Positions 39,614-53,958 of a stretch of 64,000 bases of DNA are shown here, in pieces. A program made the translations under genes and the position numbers. The DNA is from Octopus vulgaris (taxonomy: Eukaryota), in the NCBI GenBank assembly GCA_951406725.2, contig OX597831.1, positions 58,156,001-58,220,000 of the forward strand, read 5' to 3'. The notes under the pieces were generated by a model that made no database searches, was not told the DNA's origin, and saw only the letters and a list, made by a program, of their open reading frames with translations. Every line of letters starts with the position of its first letter. Position 1 is the stretch's first letter.

Positions 39614-39799
39614 AGAATTCACGAAAAAAAAAAAGACGAAGACAGGTTGCGTAGAAAACAAACAGATGTATTAGTATAACGCTCGGGAATTGAAAACGTC
39701 TTTTACGTATCGAGCCTTCACTCTTCCACAGAAAGGAACACAGAAAGAAACAAGGAGAGAAAAAAAATGTGTGTAGTGGCTACCGATCTATCACGGCGA

Positions 39800-39802
<3 letters not shown>
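39611..39802 (-). mobile_element. Short (TA)n-embedded element with a degenerate hammerhead-like motif
   Basis: Related fragment at 53355-53430; the motif is at 39700-39735. Confidence 0.5.
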
Positions 39803-39844
<42 letters not shown>

Positions 39845-39847
<3 letters not shown>

Positions 39848-39995
39848 TGGGTGTATGGCAAGAAGATTGCTTCCCAACATGGTTCCGGTTTTAGTCCCAC
39901 TGCGTGTCACCTTGGGCAAGTGTCTTCTAAGCCTCGGTCCGACCAAAGCTTTGTGAGTGGATTTGATAGACTGAAACTGAAAGAAGCCCATCGTG
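39845..39995 (+). mobile_element. SINE family A, 5' half
   Basis: Similar to the family A head. Confidence 0.8.
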
Positions 39996-40008
39996 TATAC
40001 ACACACAT

Positions 40009-40069
<61 letters not shown>

Positions 40070-41369
40070 TACACGCATACACGTATACACACACATATGT
40101 GTGTATGGGCATGTATGTGTGTATGCGTGTGCGTGTGTAGCCACTTCACTAGATTTCACAATTGCTCATCTAACGTAGGCGGCAGCTGTCACAAATTTCC
40201 CGATCGTCCACGCAATTGCTTTTATCGTTGCTGTTCTTGATGGTTACGGATTAACGCCCATCATAAGCACGTGCATGGATGCATCCCCCTCTCCCTTCCC
40301 CCCTTTCTGTGTGTGTCTCTCTATTTAAATATAGGATATCGGAAGTCCTTAAGCTAGCGCCTGAGTATTACTGCTGATAGTTTGTCTTGCCTGCACACCA
40401 TATGGCAAGATTTAATGCAAGTATACTTTCAAATTCTGTAAGCGAAAATAAAAAGAAAAAAAAAACATACATACGCATACACACATACACTCACAATACT
40501 GAGACGTACATATCAATATATGAATATGTGTGTGTGTATGTATGTTCCTTATGCAGTCGAAAACTAAGTTGCCGATTTTGACGTATGGAGTATCAAAAGA
40601 TTCAGTAATCTTTCAGCTATCAAATAAACTTAATTTTCATTTACTTATTTTCTACATTATCTTAACAACCAACTATAGTCATTTGAAAAACGCTGCTCTA
40701 CAATGAGCAAGTTTCATTAGAAAGTGAACATAGTTTTACACTTTCAGTTTGAACCAAAATTACAGTGATGCATTACGTGAGTGACAATGTGAGAATAATG
40801 AAAGTAATGTTTCTCCGAAATAGTCACATCTGTACTGTAATAAAGAAAGCTGCTTATCATCTATCTATATCAAGGCTACTAAATAAATAAAATAACCTGG
40901 GAAATGAGGTCGGGTCGCACAATTTTGAAGTCATTTTCGGGCAATGTTTCATTTTGCTTCTAATGTTTCACTTTCGTCCGATGTTTCACACATGCGGAGA
41001 ATTCTACTCAGACATATTTATGAAACTATTCACATGAATATTGTATTAAAATACGCCACAACCAAAAAAAAAAAAAAAAAAAAAAAATAATCAAGACATC
41101 CATTTCTCTATATGTTATGAGGAAATAGAGTCACTCACTTACTCTCTCTCTCTCACACGCACCCGAACACATACATACATACAAAAATGATGTATGTATA
41201 TGTACTTATGTACGTGTATATGAAATATAATGTGTGTGTGTGTGAGTCTGAGAAAGAGAAAGAGAGAGAGTGAGTGCCACTTACACATACATGCAAAAAA
41301 TACATACATGACAACACATACCTTCACTCACTCACTCACTCTCACTCCCCCCTCCCTCACGCACACATG

Positions 41370-42091
41370 GATCCTGTGATTAGGGGTGTTTCCACTGAAT
41401 GGATTGTCTCTTTGTCTCTGGCTCAAAGTCATGAACCCAGCACCCATCCTGGGTTAGGAAACAATCAAGGAAACCAGCTGGATCTGCCTCAAACAATATC
41501 AGATTTTACCAGGTTGTAATCAGCCTGGTGTGCTTTTGACCAGGTATCAGAAGCCATGGCACCTACCGAGCAGAAACCGTTGTCATATCAAGTTCATTGT
41601 GCAGAATATTATCAACTTTCACACGAGATATGCTAATAGCATTGGCTATTTGATTTGTAGTCAATCGCCTGTCTTCCATCACTATGTTGTGATCAATGTT
41701 TTCCTCGGTGATGACCGTTGCAGGACGTCCAGACCTCGGGTCACCATCAAACCCCTCCGTTTCCCTCGTAAATTCAGCTGCTTCTTCTTGCACTGTTGTT
41801 AAACCTGGAATGTCATCCCCTGATTTAGAAACCATGTCAGTATGAATGTCTTTGGGAGCTAAAGCCCTTTTGTGCAGGTACTCAATAGTACCACGATGAC
41901 AAATTTTGTTCATTTTCAAGAGCAGTTGCTACTAGTTGCTTTCGAAGTCTTTTTGAACAGTCAGATATCAGTTTGCCTGGAAAGAAACAATGTAGTCATC
42001 AATAAGAAGATTTGAAATTAATGCACGGAAGATTTCACTTCTCCAGCATCACTCCTTCATAGTCAGCCTATGAACTATTCAACCAACCCTC
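41370..42091 (-). mobile_element. Mariner relic, 5' half
   Basis: MNKICHRGTIEYLHKR...DPRSGRPAT...MEDRRLT...VSAR*VP; TIR-like GAGGGTTGGTTGAATAGTTCATAGGCTGAC. Confidence 0.85.
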
Positions 42092-42164
42092 TCAACTGCA
42101 TGGCATCTTGGGAAAGTGCCTTCTACTATAACCTCGGACCGACCAAAGCCTTGTGAATGGCTCT

Positions 42165-42839
42165 TCTTTGAGGAGTCCTCCGTCTCTTCGGTTGCCTTCA
42201 TTCCTTCCTCTACAGAGGTCTCCGTCAACCGCTCCGGGACTTTGCTTTGCCCTTGAGAACAGTTCTTTTTTATATGGCCAGACTTCAATCACCGATGACA
42301 CTTTGGGGTGGGGAGCGTCCCTCAAGAATCACCGGATACTTAGATCTGGCCATTCTCAAAGTCTGGAAATAACAGACTTTCGGCTGACTGGGTCCATAGG
42401 GTCAAAACAGCTTTTGACCCCTCCCAGTCTGATTATTTACGCTGAGGAGCTTGGTGCTACTGCCACCCAGACCCCGGCGGATAGTATATCCTATCCACTG
42501 GGGCTCAACTCCGGGTGGCAAGCTGCAAACCCAAGCCCTCGTCAAACTCTTCCCACAATAAGTGGGAAAAAACAAAATTTCATTACCCTCCAGGGGCTGA
42601 CTTGCAAATTCACAGGCCACTTCTGGGGAGTCAAACAGCAACCACACGGTTGCGTATTTGACCCTACGAGTAATAAACTTAATCGCTGGCTTAAATTCTG
42701 CCAGCTCTCTTTCGATTAAATTCTTTCTGAAAACGGCAATGGCGTCGAGGGTCCTAGAGTAGGTCCTAAAAAACCACCGTCTTACTTTCAAGTTCTTTTA
42801 ACCATTTTTGGGGTGGTGTAATTTCCCACTCCACCAACT
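42165..42839 (-). mobile_element. Possible LINE ORF1 (gag-like) relic
   Basis: Coding-like ORF 42402-42791 with ...VCSLPPGV..., followed by a zinc-knuckle remnant GHIKKNC. Confidence 0.5.
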
Positions 42840-42849
42840 TTTCAATGTT

Positions 42850-43606
42850 GCCATATAGTAGAATTGGTTCGACTGTGGCTTTAAAGATTTTAAGCTTGAA
42901 ATCTCTACTCAGATTTGATGACCAAATCTTATGCATATCATTACAGGTTGACCAGATCATACCCTTTCTAGTTAGAAAATCTTTTTCAGATGATGATATG
43001 TATGACCCAAGATATTTGTAATCATAAACCATATTTAAGAGCGTATTGTTGAGAGTATGGATGATGAAATCACTGTTGGACAGGCACTTGTTTAATATTC
43101 AGTCTTGGATTTATTGAGGTAAAGACCTACACAATTTGAGGCTTGTTCGAGAGATTGTAAAAGAGACTGGGCATTGGAGAGAGAATCACTGATAAGAGCG
43201 ACTGATAATTCTACTATATGGCTCAGAAATCTGGACGTTATCAAAGAAGGTTGAGAGGCAGTTGGATGGCCTCCTTATGAGAGCTCAAAATATCTCGTGG
43301 AAGCGTCATCCAACCAATGTACAAATATATGGGAAATTACGACCTCTATCAACTCTTGTGAAAGGTAGAAGAGTCCAATTTGCTGGACATTGTTGTAGAG
43401 CTGAAAACGAGGTAATTTCTCCTTTTCTCCTCTGGAAGCCATCTGCTCGCGATACCAGAGGGCACACACTCTCCTACCCTGATGTAATCTCCAGGGATAC
43501 AGGCATCCAGAAACAGGACCTCCGTAATGCTATGATGGACCGTGAAGTCTGGCGTAACATAGTAAATTCCATTGTCTCGACCACGGTCGAACAATGATGA
43601 TGATGA
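42850..43606 (+). mobile_element. RTE-like LINE 3' end with an inverted 5' segment
   Basis: Minus-strand 42850-43205 (DYKYLGSYI...VEPILLYG) continues on the plus strand from 43207 (ILLYGSEIW...RRVQFAGHC). It has a (TGA)n tail and TSD tttca(a/t)tgtt. Confidence 0.88.
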
Positions 43607-44768
43607 TTTCATTGTTATTTGCCATGTTTTATCCAAAAATACAGTTGTTAAAATATAGAATAATTAAAGAAAAAGAAGGAAGACGAAAAAATCCCAAACA
43701 AAAGGAAGGAGAGAGTAAAAAATTAACAGTTCGATAAATCTTTTTAAAAAATCAAAGATAGAAGAAGAGAGAGCAACAGTTCAAAACACAGCAAAGGCCA
43801 CTTGGTACTCCAGGCCAAAATTTAACACAATTGTAAAACAGTTAAAAAAATCATTCCAATTTTCTTCTAGGTACTCCTTAACAGGAACAACACTATTTTA
43901 AAACGAAAATTTTTGCAGGACACGCCCACCAAACCAATAATTTTCACAATTAAGTGAATAATATTTTCACTCAGCCTCAGGCAGACTAGAGTCTAGTGAG
44001 GACTTCTTGTTTGTAAAAATAATTTGCGACATAAAACAGGTCCCCACTAGACCCCCAAAATTCTTACTTTACGGCTGAGTTTCAAAAGTCTTCAATTTAA
44101 GACGGCTTTCAAAAACATGTCTTACATCTTCGGTGTCAAACACAACTCTAATTCGCACATGCACAATGAGGTAACAATGAGGTAAGCAAGCTACTTACCA
44201 CACAGCCACTCCTGCGCCTATACATATTAACTTATATAGGTTGAACTATGTAAGACTTTCAAAAAAGAAGCCTAGCTGTTTCTTGCAATACACCACAATG
44301 CATACATCTAAAGCCAAATTCTTTCAGAGGCCCTTAAAATACTGCCCTGGATCCCCAATGTTTTTATTTTGCTGTATGGATCATCCAAAATCTTATATGG
44401 ACACCCAGGGACCACATGGATCCCGGTAGAGAACCTCTGGCCTAATCACTGAAACAAGTAAACGACAAAAAATATGTGTAATATACGAGCTTTTATGAAG
44501 CATTGTCAGATATCTCTGCTTTAATTATATTCTATTTTGTAAAGTCAAAACAATGCAATTTATAAAATTAAAACCAGCTATTAGTTTTACCTGGTATCTC
44601 AATAGTTCAAAGTTAGGCCCCCTTCTTCCAGATATGTTTGGAGAAAAGTTGTTAATCGCTGACTTCCTTGTCCTAAGAAAAGGGTCCTAACCCCGAATTA
44701 CTGAAATAATAGGTAAAACTTATAGCCGCTTTTTAGTTTTATAAACTGCATTGTTTTATCTTTAGAAG

Positions 44769-44774
<6 letters not shown>

Positions 44775-44842
<68 letters not shown>

Positions 44843-44981
44843 ATATATATGTATATATATGTATATGTATATATATATATATGTATATGCATATGTATAT
44901 GTATATATATATATATGTATATATATGTATATATATAGGTATATGTATGTATATATATATATGTATATGTATATATATATG

Positions 44982-45038
<57 letters not shown>

Positions 45039-45148
45039 CAAGGCTTCATGAAAACCAACACTACTCAGAGAGTAAGAGAGAGATAGAGAGAGAGAGAGAG
45101 AAAGCGAGAGAGAAAAAGCAAGAGAGAGAGAAAGTGAGAGAGAGAGAA

Positions 45149-45218
<70 letters not shown>

Positions 45219-45443
45219 GGATGTGTTGCAGTGTCGTTAGCTCTATAAATGGCATCACTTTCGCTGTAAAAATTATAGTTAAAACAGACAGACAGACACA
45301 CACACAACCACCCACGCGCGTGCACTCAGACATATATTTTTAATTATAGTTTAAATACATACATAATATATGTACTTATACATATATAGATATAAATACA
45401 TACATATGTACACACACATATATATATATATACATATATACTC

Positions 45444-45534
<91 letters not shown>

Positions 45535-45731
45535 TATATATACATATATACACACACATATATATATATATACATATATATACACATACATATATATACA
45601 CATACATATATATATATATACATATATATACATATATATATACATATATATACATATATATACATATATATATATATATATACATATATATACATATATA
45701 TACATATATACATATATATACATATATATGC

Positions 45732-45764
<33 letters not shown>

Positions 45765-45845
45765 CATATATATACATATATATATCCACATATATGTATA
45801 TATATATACATATATATATGCATATATATGTATATGTATATACAT

Positions 45846-45876
<31 letters not shown>

Positions 45877-45944
45877 CATATATGTATATATATATATACA
45901 TATATCCATATATACACATACACACACATATATATGTATGTATG

Positions 45945-45978
<34 letters not shown>

Positions 45979-45995
45979 TGCATGTATGTATGTAG
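44775..45995. repeat. Compound (TA)n/(GA)n/(TACA-TA)n microsatellite block
   Basis: Seen directly. Confidence 0.95.
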
Positions 45996-47194
45996 GTAAG
46001 CAGTTAGGTTGGTATGTGTGTGCGTGTGCCTGTTTCGCGTTTTCCCTTCTTGAAAAGTAGGATTGAATGAAAGATTTCCGGAATGTACATGTTGGCGATT
46101 CTTTTCACACAAACACACGGACATACACACGCGTACGCTCACTTAGGAAAGCGCGTGCAGACACCCACTTATTCACTCTGGCGCGTACGGAAATGACTGA
46201 ACCTATTTTTAACCAATGATTCGCATATATGACCCTATATGTCATTGCACTCCACATGTACCCAGCATCTTTTGTGGAATTCGAGGAAACTCGTGATAGT
46301 CTGCGTTCACAATTAGGATGAGGTAACAGAGTGGAAGAAATTATGTTACTGGGGAGATGATGAAACGGATCTGACGTTTAGAATAGAGACCCACATTGTA
46401 AGAAAGGCTTCACCCAAATCATCTGATCGGTTCTTTCCTTCACGTGAAAACTAATCCATTCCACTTTGTGAATTTCACTCCTACACACACACACGGACAC
46501 ATACACACACACACGGACACACACACACACACACACGGACACACGCACACACACGGACACACACTCACGCGTGGAGTGTGTCTTTGGTCGGGTAATTTAC
46601 TATTAGGACATGGGTTGGTGTTAAGTGTCGGTAAAAGAATAGATACCTTCTATCGTTTTTCTATTACTTGTTTCAGTCTTTGGTCTGCAGCCATGCTAAG
46701 GAACCGCCTTGAAGGATTTAGTTGTACAAATTAGCCCTACTTCTTATTTTAAAAACCTTATTCTATCAATCTGTCAAGTTAAGGATATACGAGTATATTA
46801 TGAAAATGCCTCAGGGAGTGACGGCCGTGTTCTGCATAGTTACGAGCTTCGCTTTGGCAAGACAAAGCACCCATTCAGCCACCCTACTAGAGATTCGACG
46901 AAGTCATTCGACGAAGTCATAGCAGATAGTAAAGAGGTAATGGATGAGCTCAACTGAGCCAACGGTGCTTCTTACGTTGATGTTGAGCAGAGGGATTCTA
47001 GATCTACGGTCAGGATAACCCAGCTGTATCAAAAGAGTAACTGCAAAGCATTCATAGGGGTGGTGTCCATGATTGTGTTATCAGCAAATGAAAGATTCAC
47101 TATGACTCAAGTTCCCAATTTGAATTCATAATAATGGAATTGGATGGCGACTTAGTCATAGGAATCTGCGAAAGCAGCGAAAAAAAAAAGCAAC

Positions 47195-47245
47195 AACACT
47201 GGTTGCAAGCGATGATGGTGGGACACGCACACACATACACACACA

Positions 47246-47295
<50 letters not shown>

Positions 47296-47495
47296 CTCTC
47301 TCTCTCTCTCTCTCTCACTCACACACGTACGACGGGTTTCTTTCAGTTTCCATCAACCAAATCGACTCACAAGGATTTGGTTGGCCTGAGGCTATGGTAG
47401 AAAGCATTTGCCCAATGTGACGCACCGTGAGATCGAACCTAAGATTACATAGTTGGGAAGCAAGCTTCTTACTACCCAGCCACACCTGAACCTAT
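47195..47495 (-). mobile_element. SINE family A, diverged
   Basis: Similar to the family A consensus. Confidence 0.75.
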
Positions 47496-47534
47496 TATGT
47501 TTATAGTAAGTCATTATTTGAGTGTTAAAAATCG

Positions 47535-47827
47535 ATTTCAAGTTTTGTCACAAGGCCAACAACTGAGGGGGAGGGGGTCAGCCAATTTCATCGATCCCAA
47601 TGTCTAACCGGTACTTATTTTATCGACTTCTAAAGGAGGAATGGCAAAGTCGACCTCGGCGAAATTTGAACTCAGAACATAAAGACGGACGAAATTCTGC
47701 TAAGAATTTTACCTTGAGTTCTAACGATTTTTGCCAGCTCGCCTCCTTAAACGTAAAGACGCACGACGGACGAAACCCTGCGAAGCAATTTGCGCATGCG
47801 CTCACGATTCTACCAGCTTGCCGCCTT
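47535..47827 (-). mobile_element. SINE B-related copy with a duplicated head
   Basis: gtcgacctcggcgaaatttgaactcagaac; the head segment occurs twice. Confidence 0.7.
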
Positions 47828-47828
47828 G

Positions 47829-47873
47829 ATAATAATAATAATAATAATGATAATAATAATAATAATAATGATG

Positions 47874-47907
<34 letters not shown>

Positions 47908-47952
47908 TGATGATAATAATAATAATAATGCTAATAATAATAATCATAATAA

Positions 47953-48051
<99 letters not shown>

Positions 48052-48075
48052 TGATGATAATAATAATAATAATGC

Positions 48076-48111
<36 letters not shown>

Positions 48112-48170
48112 TGATAATAATAATAATAATAATAATGATAATAATAATACTACTAATAATAATAATGATG

Positions 48171-48219
<49 letters not shown>

Positions 48220-48229
48220 TAATAATAAT
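47829..48229. repeat. (AAT)n microsatellite, about 400 bp
   Basis: Seen directly. Confidence 0.97.
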
Positions 48230-48729
48230 CCTTTTTACTTTAGGCACAAGGCCTGGATTTTTTTGGGGGAGCGGGATAGTTGATTAGTGTATTCTTCTAA
48301 GACGTTAGAATGTAATTTGAGGAAGAATTCGCTCTTATTTCCAGAAGGTCAACTGACCACTTAAAGGACTCCATCGTTGGCTTGTGTGGTCACACAGAAA
48401 CTCTTGTGTGAGAATTTAGATGATTTATGAAGGTGATTGTGGTTACTTCTAGTGAACGTTATATGGGGGCCTCCATTGGTCATATTTGACCATGCATCCT
48501 CAGGCCTGGACGAGATTTTTTGTTTTCAGGAAGACTGGTTGATGCTCACGCATACTAATTCTCTCTCTTCACGTCAACAATGTTTAACTCAAGACCATTG
48601 ACTTAGGCCAATATAGTTTGGCTCCAGTGTCACAGGCATTGCTATTAGAACTCAAAGAGTTGGAGCAGATACCCAAAAGGCACATTTCCTTACCCACCAA
48701 CAGCCCTGCCAATTTACTACTGTGGATTG

Positions 48730-49362
48730 GAATTTTTTATCGATTCTGAAAGGATGAAAGGCAAACTTGATTTCGGCAGGATTTGAACCCCGATAGGAGA
48801 ATGTTGAAATAAGTACCGCCAAGCACGCTATCCAACGCTCTTAGGATTTCCTCAATCTGCTCGCTTGATTGAGTTGTAATTGCTTGTGAGTGATTTCTGT
48901 ATGTTTAGGCATGGGAGTCACATTTCTGTTAATCTTAGTTAGTATTTCTTTCAGACACAAGGCCCGGAATTTCATGTGAGGACGCTAATTGATTACATCG
49001 ATACCAGTACTCAGCTGGATGGAAATTTTTTTACCCGCGATAAAAGGCAAATTCGCCCTCGGTGGAATTTGAACTCAGAAATTCCGCTAAGCATTTTGTC
49101 CGGTGTGTTAACGATTCTGCCAGCTCGTTGTCTTCACTATCAGTTAATGCTGATTTCAAATTTTGGCACAATGTCAGCAACTGCAGAGGAGACAGTAAAT
49201 TAATTACATCAACCCCAGTGTTCAACTGGTACTTATTTTACCGATCTCGAAATGATGAAAGGCAAATGCGACCTCAGCGGAATTTGAACTCAGAACGTAA
49301 AGACGGACGAATTGCTGCTAATCATTTTCCCCGGCGCGCTAACGATTCTGCCAGCTCGCTGC
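48730..49362 (-). mobile_element. Cluster of three diverged SINE B-related copies
   Basis: Repeated gaaaggcaaa...tttgaac...ctgccagctcg. Confidence 0.7.
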
Positions 49363-49393
49363 ATTCAACACTAGTTTATAGAAGGATTAAATA

Positions 49394-49716
49394 GTGAGGG
49401 CGCGTGGCTTAGTGGTTAGGGGATTCGGGTCATGATCGTAAGGTTGTGAGTTCGATTACCAGCGACGCGTTGTGTCCTTGAGCAAGACACTTTATTTCAC
49501 ATTGCTCCAGTCCACTCAGCTGTTAAAAATGAGTAGTACCTGTATTTCAAAAGGGCCAGCCTTGTCACACTGTGTCACTCTGAATCGCCTTGCGAACTAC
49601 GTTAGGGTTACACGTATCTGTGGAATGCTCAGCCACTTGCACTTTAATTTCACGAGCAAGCTGTTCCATTGATCGTATCAGCTGGGACCCTCGTCGCCGT
49701 AACCGACGGAGTGCTC
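49394..49716 (+). mobile_element. CORE-like SINE, head D + tail 1
   Basis: TSD aggattaaat; tail shared with 20185-20580. Confidence 0.88.
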
Positions 49717-49734
49717 CTATTAGGATTAAATTTA

Positions 49735-50162
49735 AGGCAGCGAGATGGCTCAATCGTTAGCACGACGGGCGAAATGCTTAGCGGTATTTCGTTTGTCTTT
49801 ATGTTCTGAGTTCAAATTCCACCGAGGTCGACTTTGCCTTTCATCCTTTCGGAGTCGATAAATTAAGTACCAGTTACGCACTGGGGTCAATATAATCGAC
49901 TTAATCCATTTGTCTGTCCTTGTTTGTCCTCTCTGTGTTTAGCCCCTTGTGGCTAGTAAAGAAATAGGTATTTCGTCTGTCTTTACGTTCTGAGTTCAAA
50001 TTCCGCCGAGGTCGACTTTGCCTTTCATCCTTTCGGAGTCGATAAATTAAGTACCAGTTACGCACTGTGGTCGATATAATCGACCTAATCCATTTGTCAG
50101 TCCTTGTTTGTCCTCTCTGTGATTAGCCCCTTGTGGGTAGTAAATAAATAGGTATTTCGTCC
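49735..50162 (+). mobile_element. SINE B: head + two tandem body units + start of a third
   Basis: Junctions AAATAGGTATTTCG at about 49967 and 50151. Confidence 0.9.
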
Positions 50163-51107
50163 GTCCAAGCCACCACTGAAACTGTAAAAATATGTAAAAC
50201 TTTCCAGAAGTTTATCATTTAAGTTTATATGCGCATATCTAGGCATGAAGATATATGCACGAGAGTACACACATAAAACAAAACATACAAATCGTCATGT
50301 GCACCGACTCCAATATTGCACACATACACACGCATACACACATACATTCATAATATATAGATGCAAGCATGCATACACACACACACACATACTTACATTC
50401 ATACATACATAGATGCAAGCATGCACACACATACATACCTTCATACATACATAGTTGCATGCATGTACACACACACACATACTTACACACATACTTACAT
50501 ACATTCATACACCTCAACTTTTATATAGGCGTTCTATCTTATATTACAAAGTTGATATCAAAATTCGAATTGGTACAACGAATATCAAGGGAGGTTATTA
50601 ATACATATCTTTCAAGAGTTATGTTTCTTGAATATATAAAATGTGAATATAAAATTATCTGTGTTCAAATTTACCCCTATCATAAATCTTTTTTCATTTG
50701 TAGGGCCGGATCCAAGGCGGGGGAAGGAAAAGAGGTGCACGTGCCCCTCCCTCCAAGAAAATAAGTGCGCCCTTCTAAGTAATATTATTACGCCCTTTTC
50801 TTCTGGAATTATATTCCCTTCTGACCTTGTGCCCTCTTTTCGAAAAATTCACTGGACTGTGCCTGATTGGAACCAGGGCACTTTCACACGTACAATAGAA
50901 ACATTATAGATTAGAGCTACAAATGTGAGAGAATGGAATGGATAAAACAAGTTGGATGTAAGCAAGGTAGGTGTCGAAGACGTTATACGTCTGACATGTG
51001 TGTTACATATTTGATTTAAATTAAACGAAAAATAAATTGATAAATATATATAAAGAAGCAATCCTTGATAACAGATATTTAAAAACAAAAATACAAAAAT
51101 GAAATAT

Positions 51108-51410
51108 AGGCGTTGGAGTGGCTGTGTGGTAAGTAGCTTGCTTACGAACCACGTGGTTCCGGGTTCAGTCCCACTGCGTGGCACTTTGGGCAAGTGTCTT
51201 CTACTATAGCCTCGGGCCGACCAAAGCCTTGTGAGTGGATTTGGTAGACGGAAACTGAAAGAAGCCCGTCGTATATATGTGTATATGTGTATATGTGTGT
51301 ATATGTTTGTGTGTCTGTGTTTGTCTCCCTAACATCGCTTGACAATCGATGCTGGTGTGTTTACGTCCCCGTAACATCGAGACCGCTAGAATAAGTAAAA
51401 AGAGTAAAAA
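51108..51410 (+). mobile_element. SINE family A with a tail deletion
   Basis: Matches the consensus. Confidence 0.88.
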
Positions 51411-51574
51411 GAACATGATAAAATAAAAAGAAAATACAGAATAATCCAAACCCACATGTAAATGAGAACATGTCATCTTGGGATTGAGATTAACCTCCTC
51501 TCATGCCTTGAATCTACTATACTCGAAGGTGCTTGCGAGCACTTTGGTGTCAGACTGGGCAAAAAATACTCAAC

Positions 51575-51770
51575 ATGCTTACTGCTTGCTTCATGTTCTT
51601 CTTTCATAAGGCTGAGACGCCATCATGCGTAGAGCCGACCAAGCCCACCAGTGCTCCCCATTAGTGACAGTCAAGTGCCAGCCCCTCCGCATCTTCCTCA
51701 GTGACGTCGAGCTTCTAGAGACCTTCCCCAACCATCTGGTGTAGGGCTTGCCACGAGGCCAACATTCTGT
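51575..51770 (-). mobile_element. RTE-like LINE extreme 3' tip
   Basis: WPRGKPYTRW motif followed by a short repeat tail. Confidence 0.45.
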
Positions 51771-53027
51771 AGTAAATTGACTATAGTATTGTGGTCTAGC
51801 ATTCGATTGTTCTGCAAATTAAAGGCCTATCTCTTCTTCAGTGAACGCATCGCAACTCGATTCTTCTTTTATTTTGCCTTCTTGACGTCATTTAACAAAA
51901 TCTACACGTGGTTTCCGTTGCATCCTCAGGTCTGGATGGCAGAACTACACAGCGGTAGTAGCTTTGGAATCAAAAGAATACAATCACTCTTCGCTTATTT
52001 ATTCGAATACACATGCGTTTAATCATTCTACCTTAAGCTTTCTCTTACGTTATATTATTTATTTGGGCTTTTCTCTGAGTAAGGGAGGATATAATGATTC
52101 AACGTCTCTTATACTCAAGTGTTATCATTATATCTAAAACCCTAACTGCAGTTATAACGTCATATAGACATATACGCATGGAACGCTACATCAACGACAA
52201 TGTATGTTGAATATTTTAATCGCGTCCTTTAAACCGCTATAAGAAACATAAAACAAAGATTACAGAAATGCATATTTATCTATGCTCAGTTGAAAAACAA
52301 ACGTGAAGAAAAACATTTTCTTTTTAATTATTTTATTTATATAAATATAACATTTTATATTTTTTACAGTAAGAAAGATAACTTAGTCGTGAAGAAAAGC
52401 GACTATAAATTCCTTAGCTAATTTCTTCTTTCTATCTAATACAGTAACCAACAAATCAAAATAGATTTGTGATTAACTTGGACATGGCATAAAAATTACC
52501 GATGTCTCCAAAAGAGTGAGTGACGTGGAGTTGAGTGACTACCAACGAGCACTGAAATATTTTCCAAAATCCAGGGTTTTTATAACTGCTCAACTTGACT
52601 TAAAAAGAATCGAAATTCATGACAGATATTCTTTTCGAAACTTCTAGAATCTTTATATGAGCAGTTATATTAACAAATGGAAAAAAAAACCCCAAAAATG
52701 ATATTTCTTCCGCAATACGACATTACGTCATATTGCCAATTCGCGCCACATTTCAAAATGGCTAAAATGATTATTGATACAGAATCAAAAGAATACAATC
52801 AGTCTTCGCTTATTTATTCGAATACGCATGCGTTCAATCATTCACCCTCGCAAGCCACCACACGACAACAGACATACGGTTATAAAAGAGCGACTGCTTC
52901 AATGTTTTATAAATTATTCGATCGTCTAAAGCCGAAACAGTTTGTGAATCCTTAGAAATAGCATTTTTATTAATAGCATAACAGTATAATACTTATATTT
53001 CTTATGTCTATTGTTCACTCGATCCTT

Positions 53028-53084
<57 letters not shown>

Positions 53085-53244
53085 TCTTTCCTGAGCGTCC
53101 AATAACACTATACTTGTTCCACGTCCTCGCGTTGTTGTGTTTTCTCTTTGTGTTTTCATGTTTGAATTAACTTTATATATACACACATATATGTGTGCGT
53201 GTGTGTGTGTGTATCTATGTATTACGTATTTGTGTGTTTGTGTA

Positions 53245-53276
<32 letters not shown>

Positions 53277-53277
53277 G

Positions 53278-53329
<52 letters not shown>

Positions 53330-53456
53330 CATACTTATATATACATATATATATGGGGAGAATTCACACACACACAAAAAAAACAAAAGTTGAAGACAGC
53401 TGGTGTTGACAACAAACAGATGTATTAGTGTGTGTATATATATGTATATATATGTA

Positions 53457-53544
<88 letters not shown>

Positions 53545-53559
53545 GAGAGTGTGTGTGTG

Positions 53560-53872
53560 TGAAGGCGCGTGGCTTAATAGTTAGGGCATTCGGCTCACGA
53601 TCGTAAGGTCGTGAGCTCAATTGCCGGCGACGCGTTATGTCCTTGAGCAAGACACCTTATTTCACGTTGTTCCAGTCCACTCAACTGGCAAGAATGAGTA
53701 GTATTTGTATTTCAAAGGGCCAGCCTTGTCATGCTCTGTGTCTCGCTGAATCTCCCCTAGAACTATGTTAAGGGTACACGTGTCTGTGGAATGCTCAGCC
53801 ACTTGCACGTTAATTTCACGAGCAAGCTGTTTTGTCGATTGTAACCCTCGTCGTCGTAACCGACGGAGTGCT
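53560..53872 (+). mobile_element. CORE-like SINE, head D + tail 1
   Basis: Similar to 49394-49716. Confidence 0.88.
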
Positions 53873-53905
53873 CCTCTCGCTCTTTCTATCTCTCTCTGTC
53901 TGTCC

Positions 53906-53958
<53 letters not shown>

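Noticed and set aside
44665-44715. Hammerhead-like CCTAAGAAAAGGG...CCCCGAATT
   Set aside because: Too many core mismatches to support.
46140-46230. Promoter-like motif cluster (CGGAAAT, CTATTTTTAA, CCAAT)
   Set aside because: Short motifs with no adjacent exon evidence.
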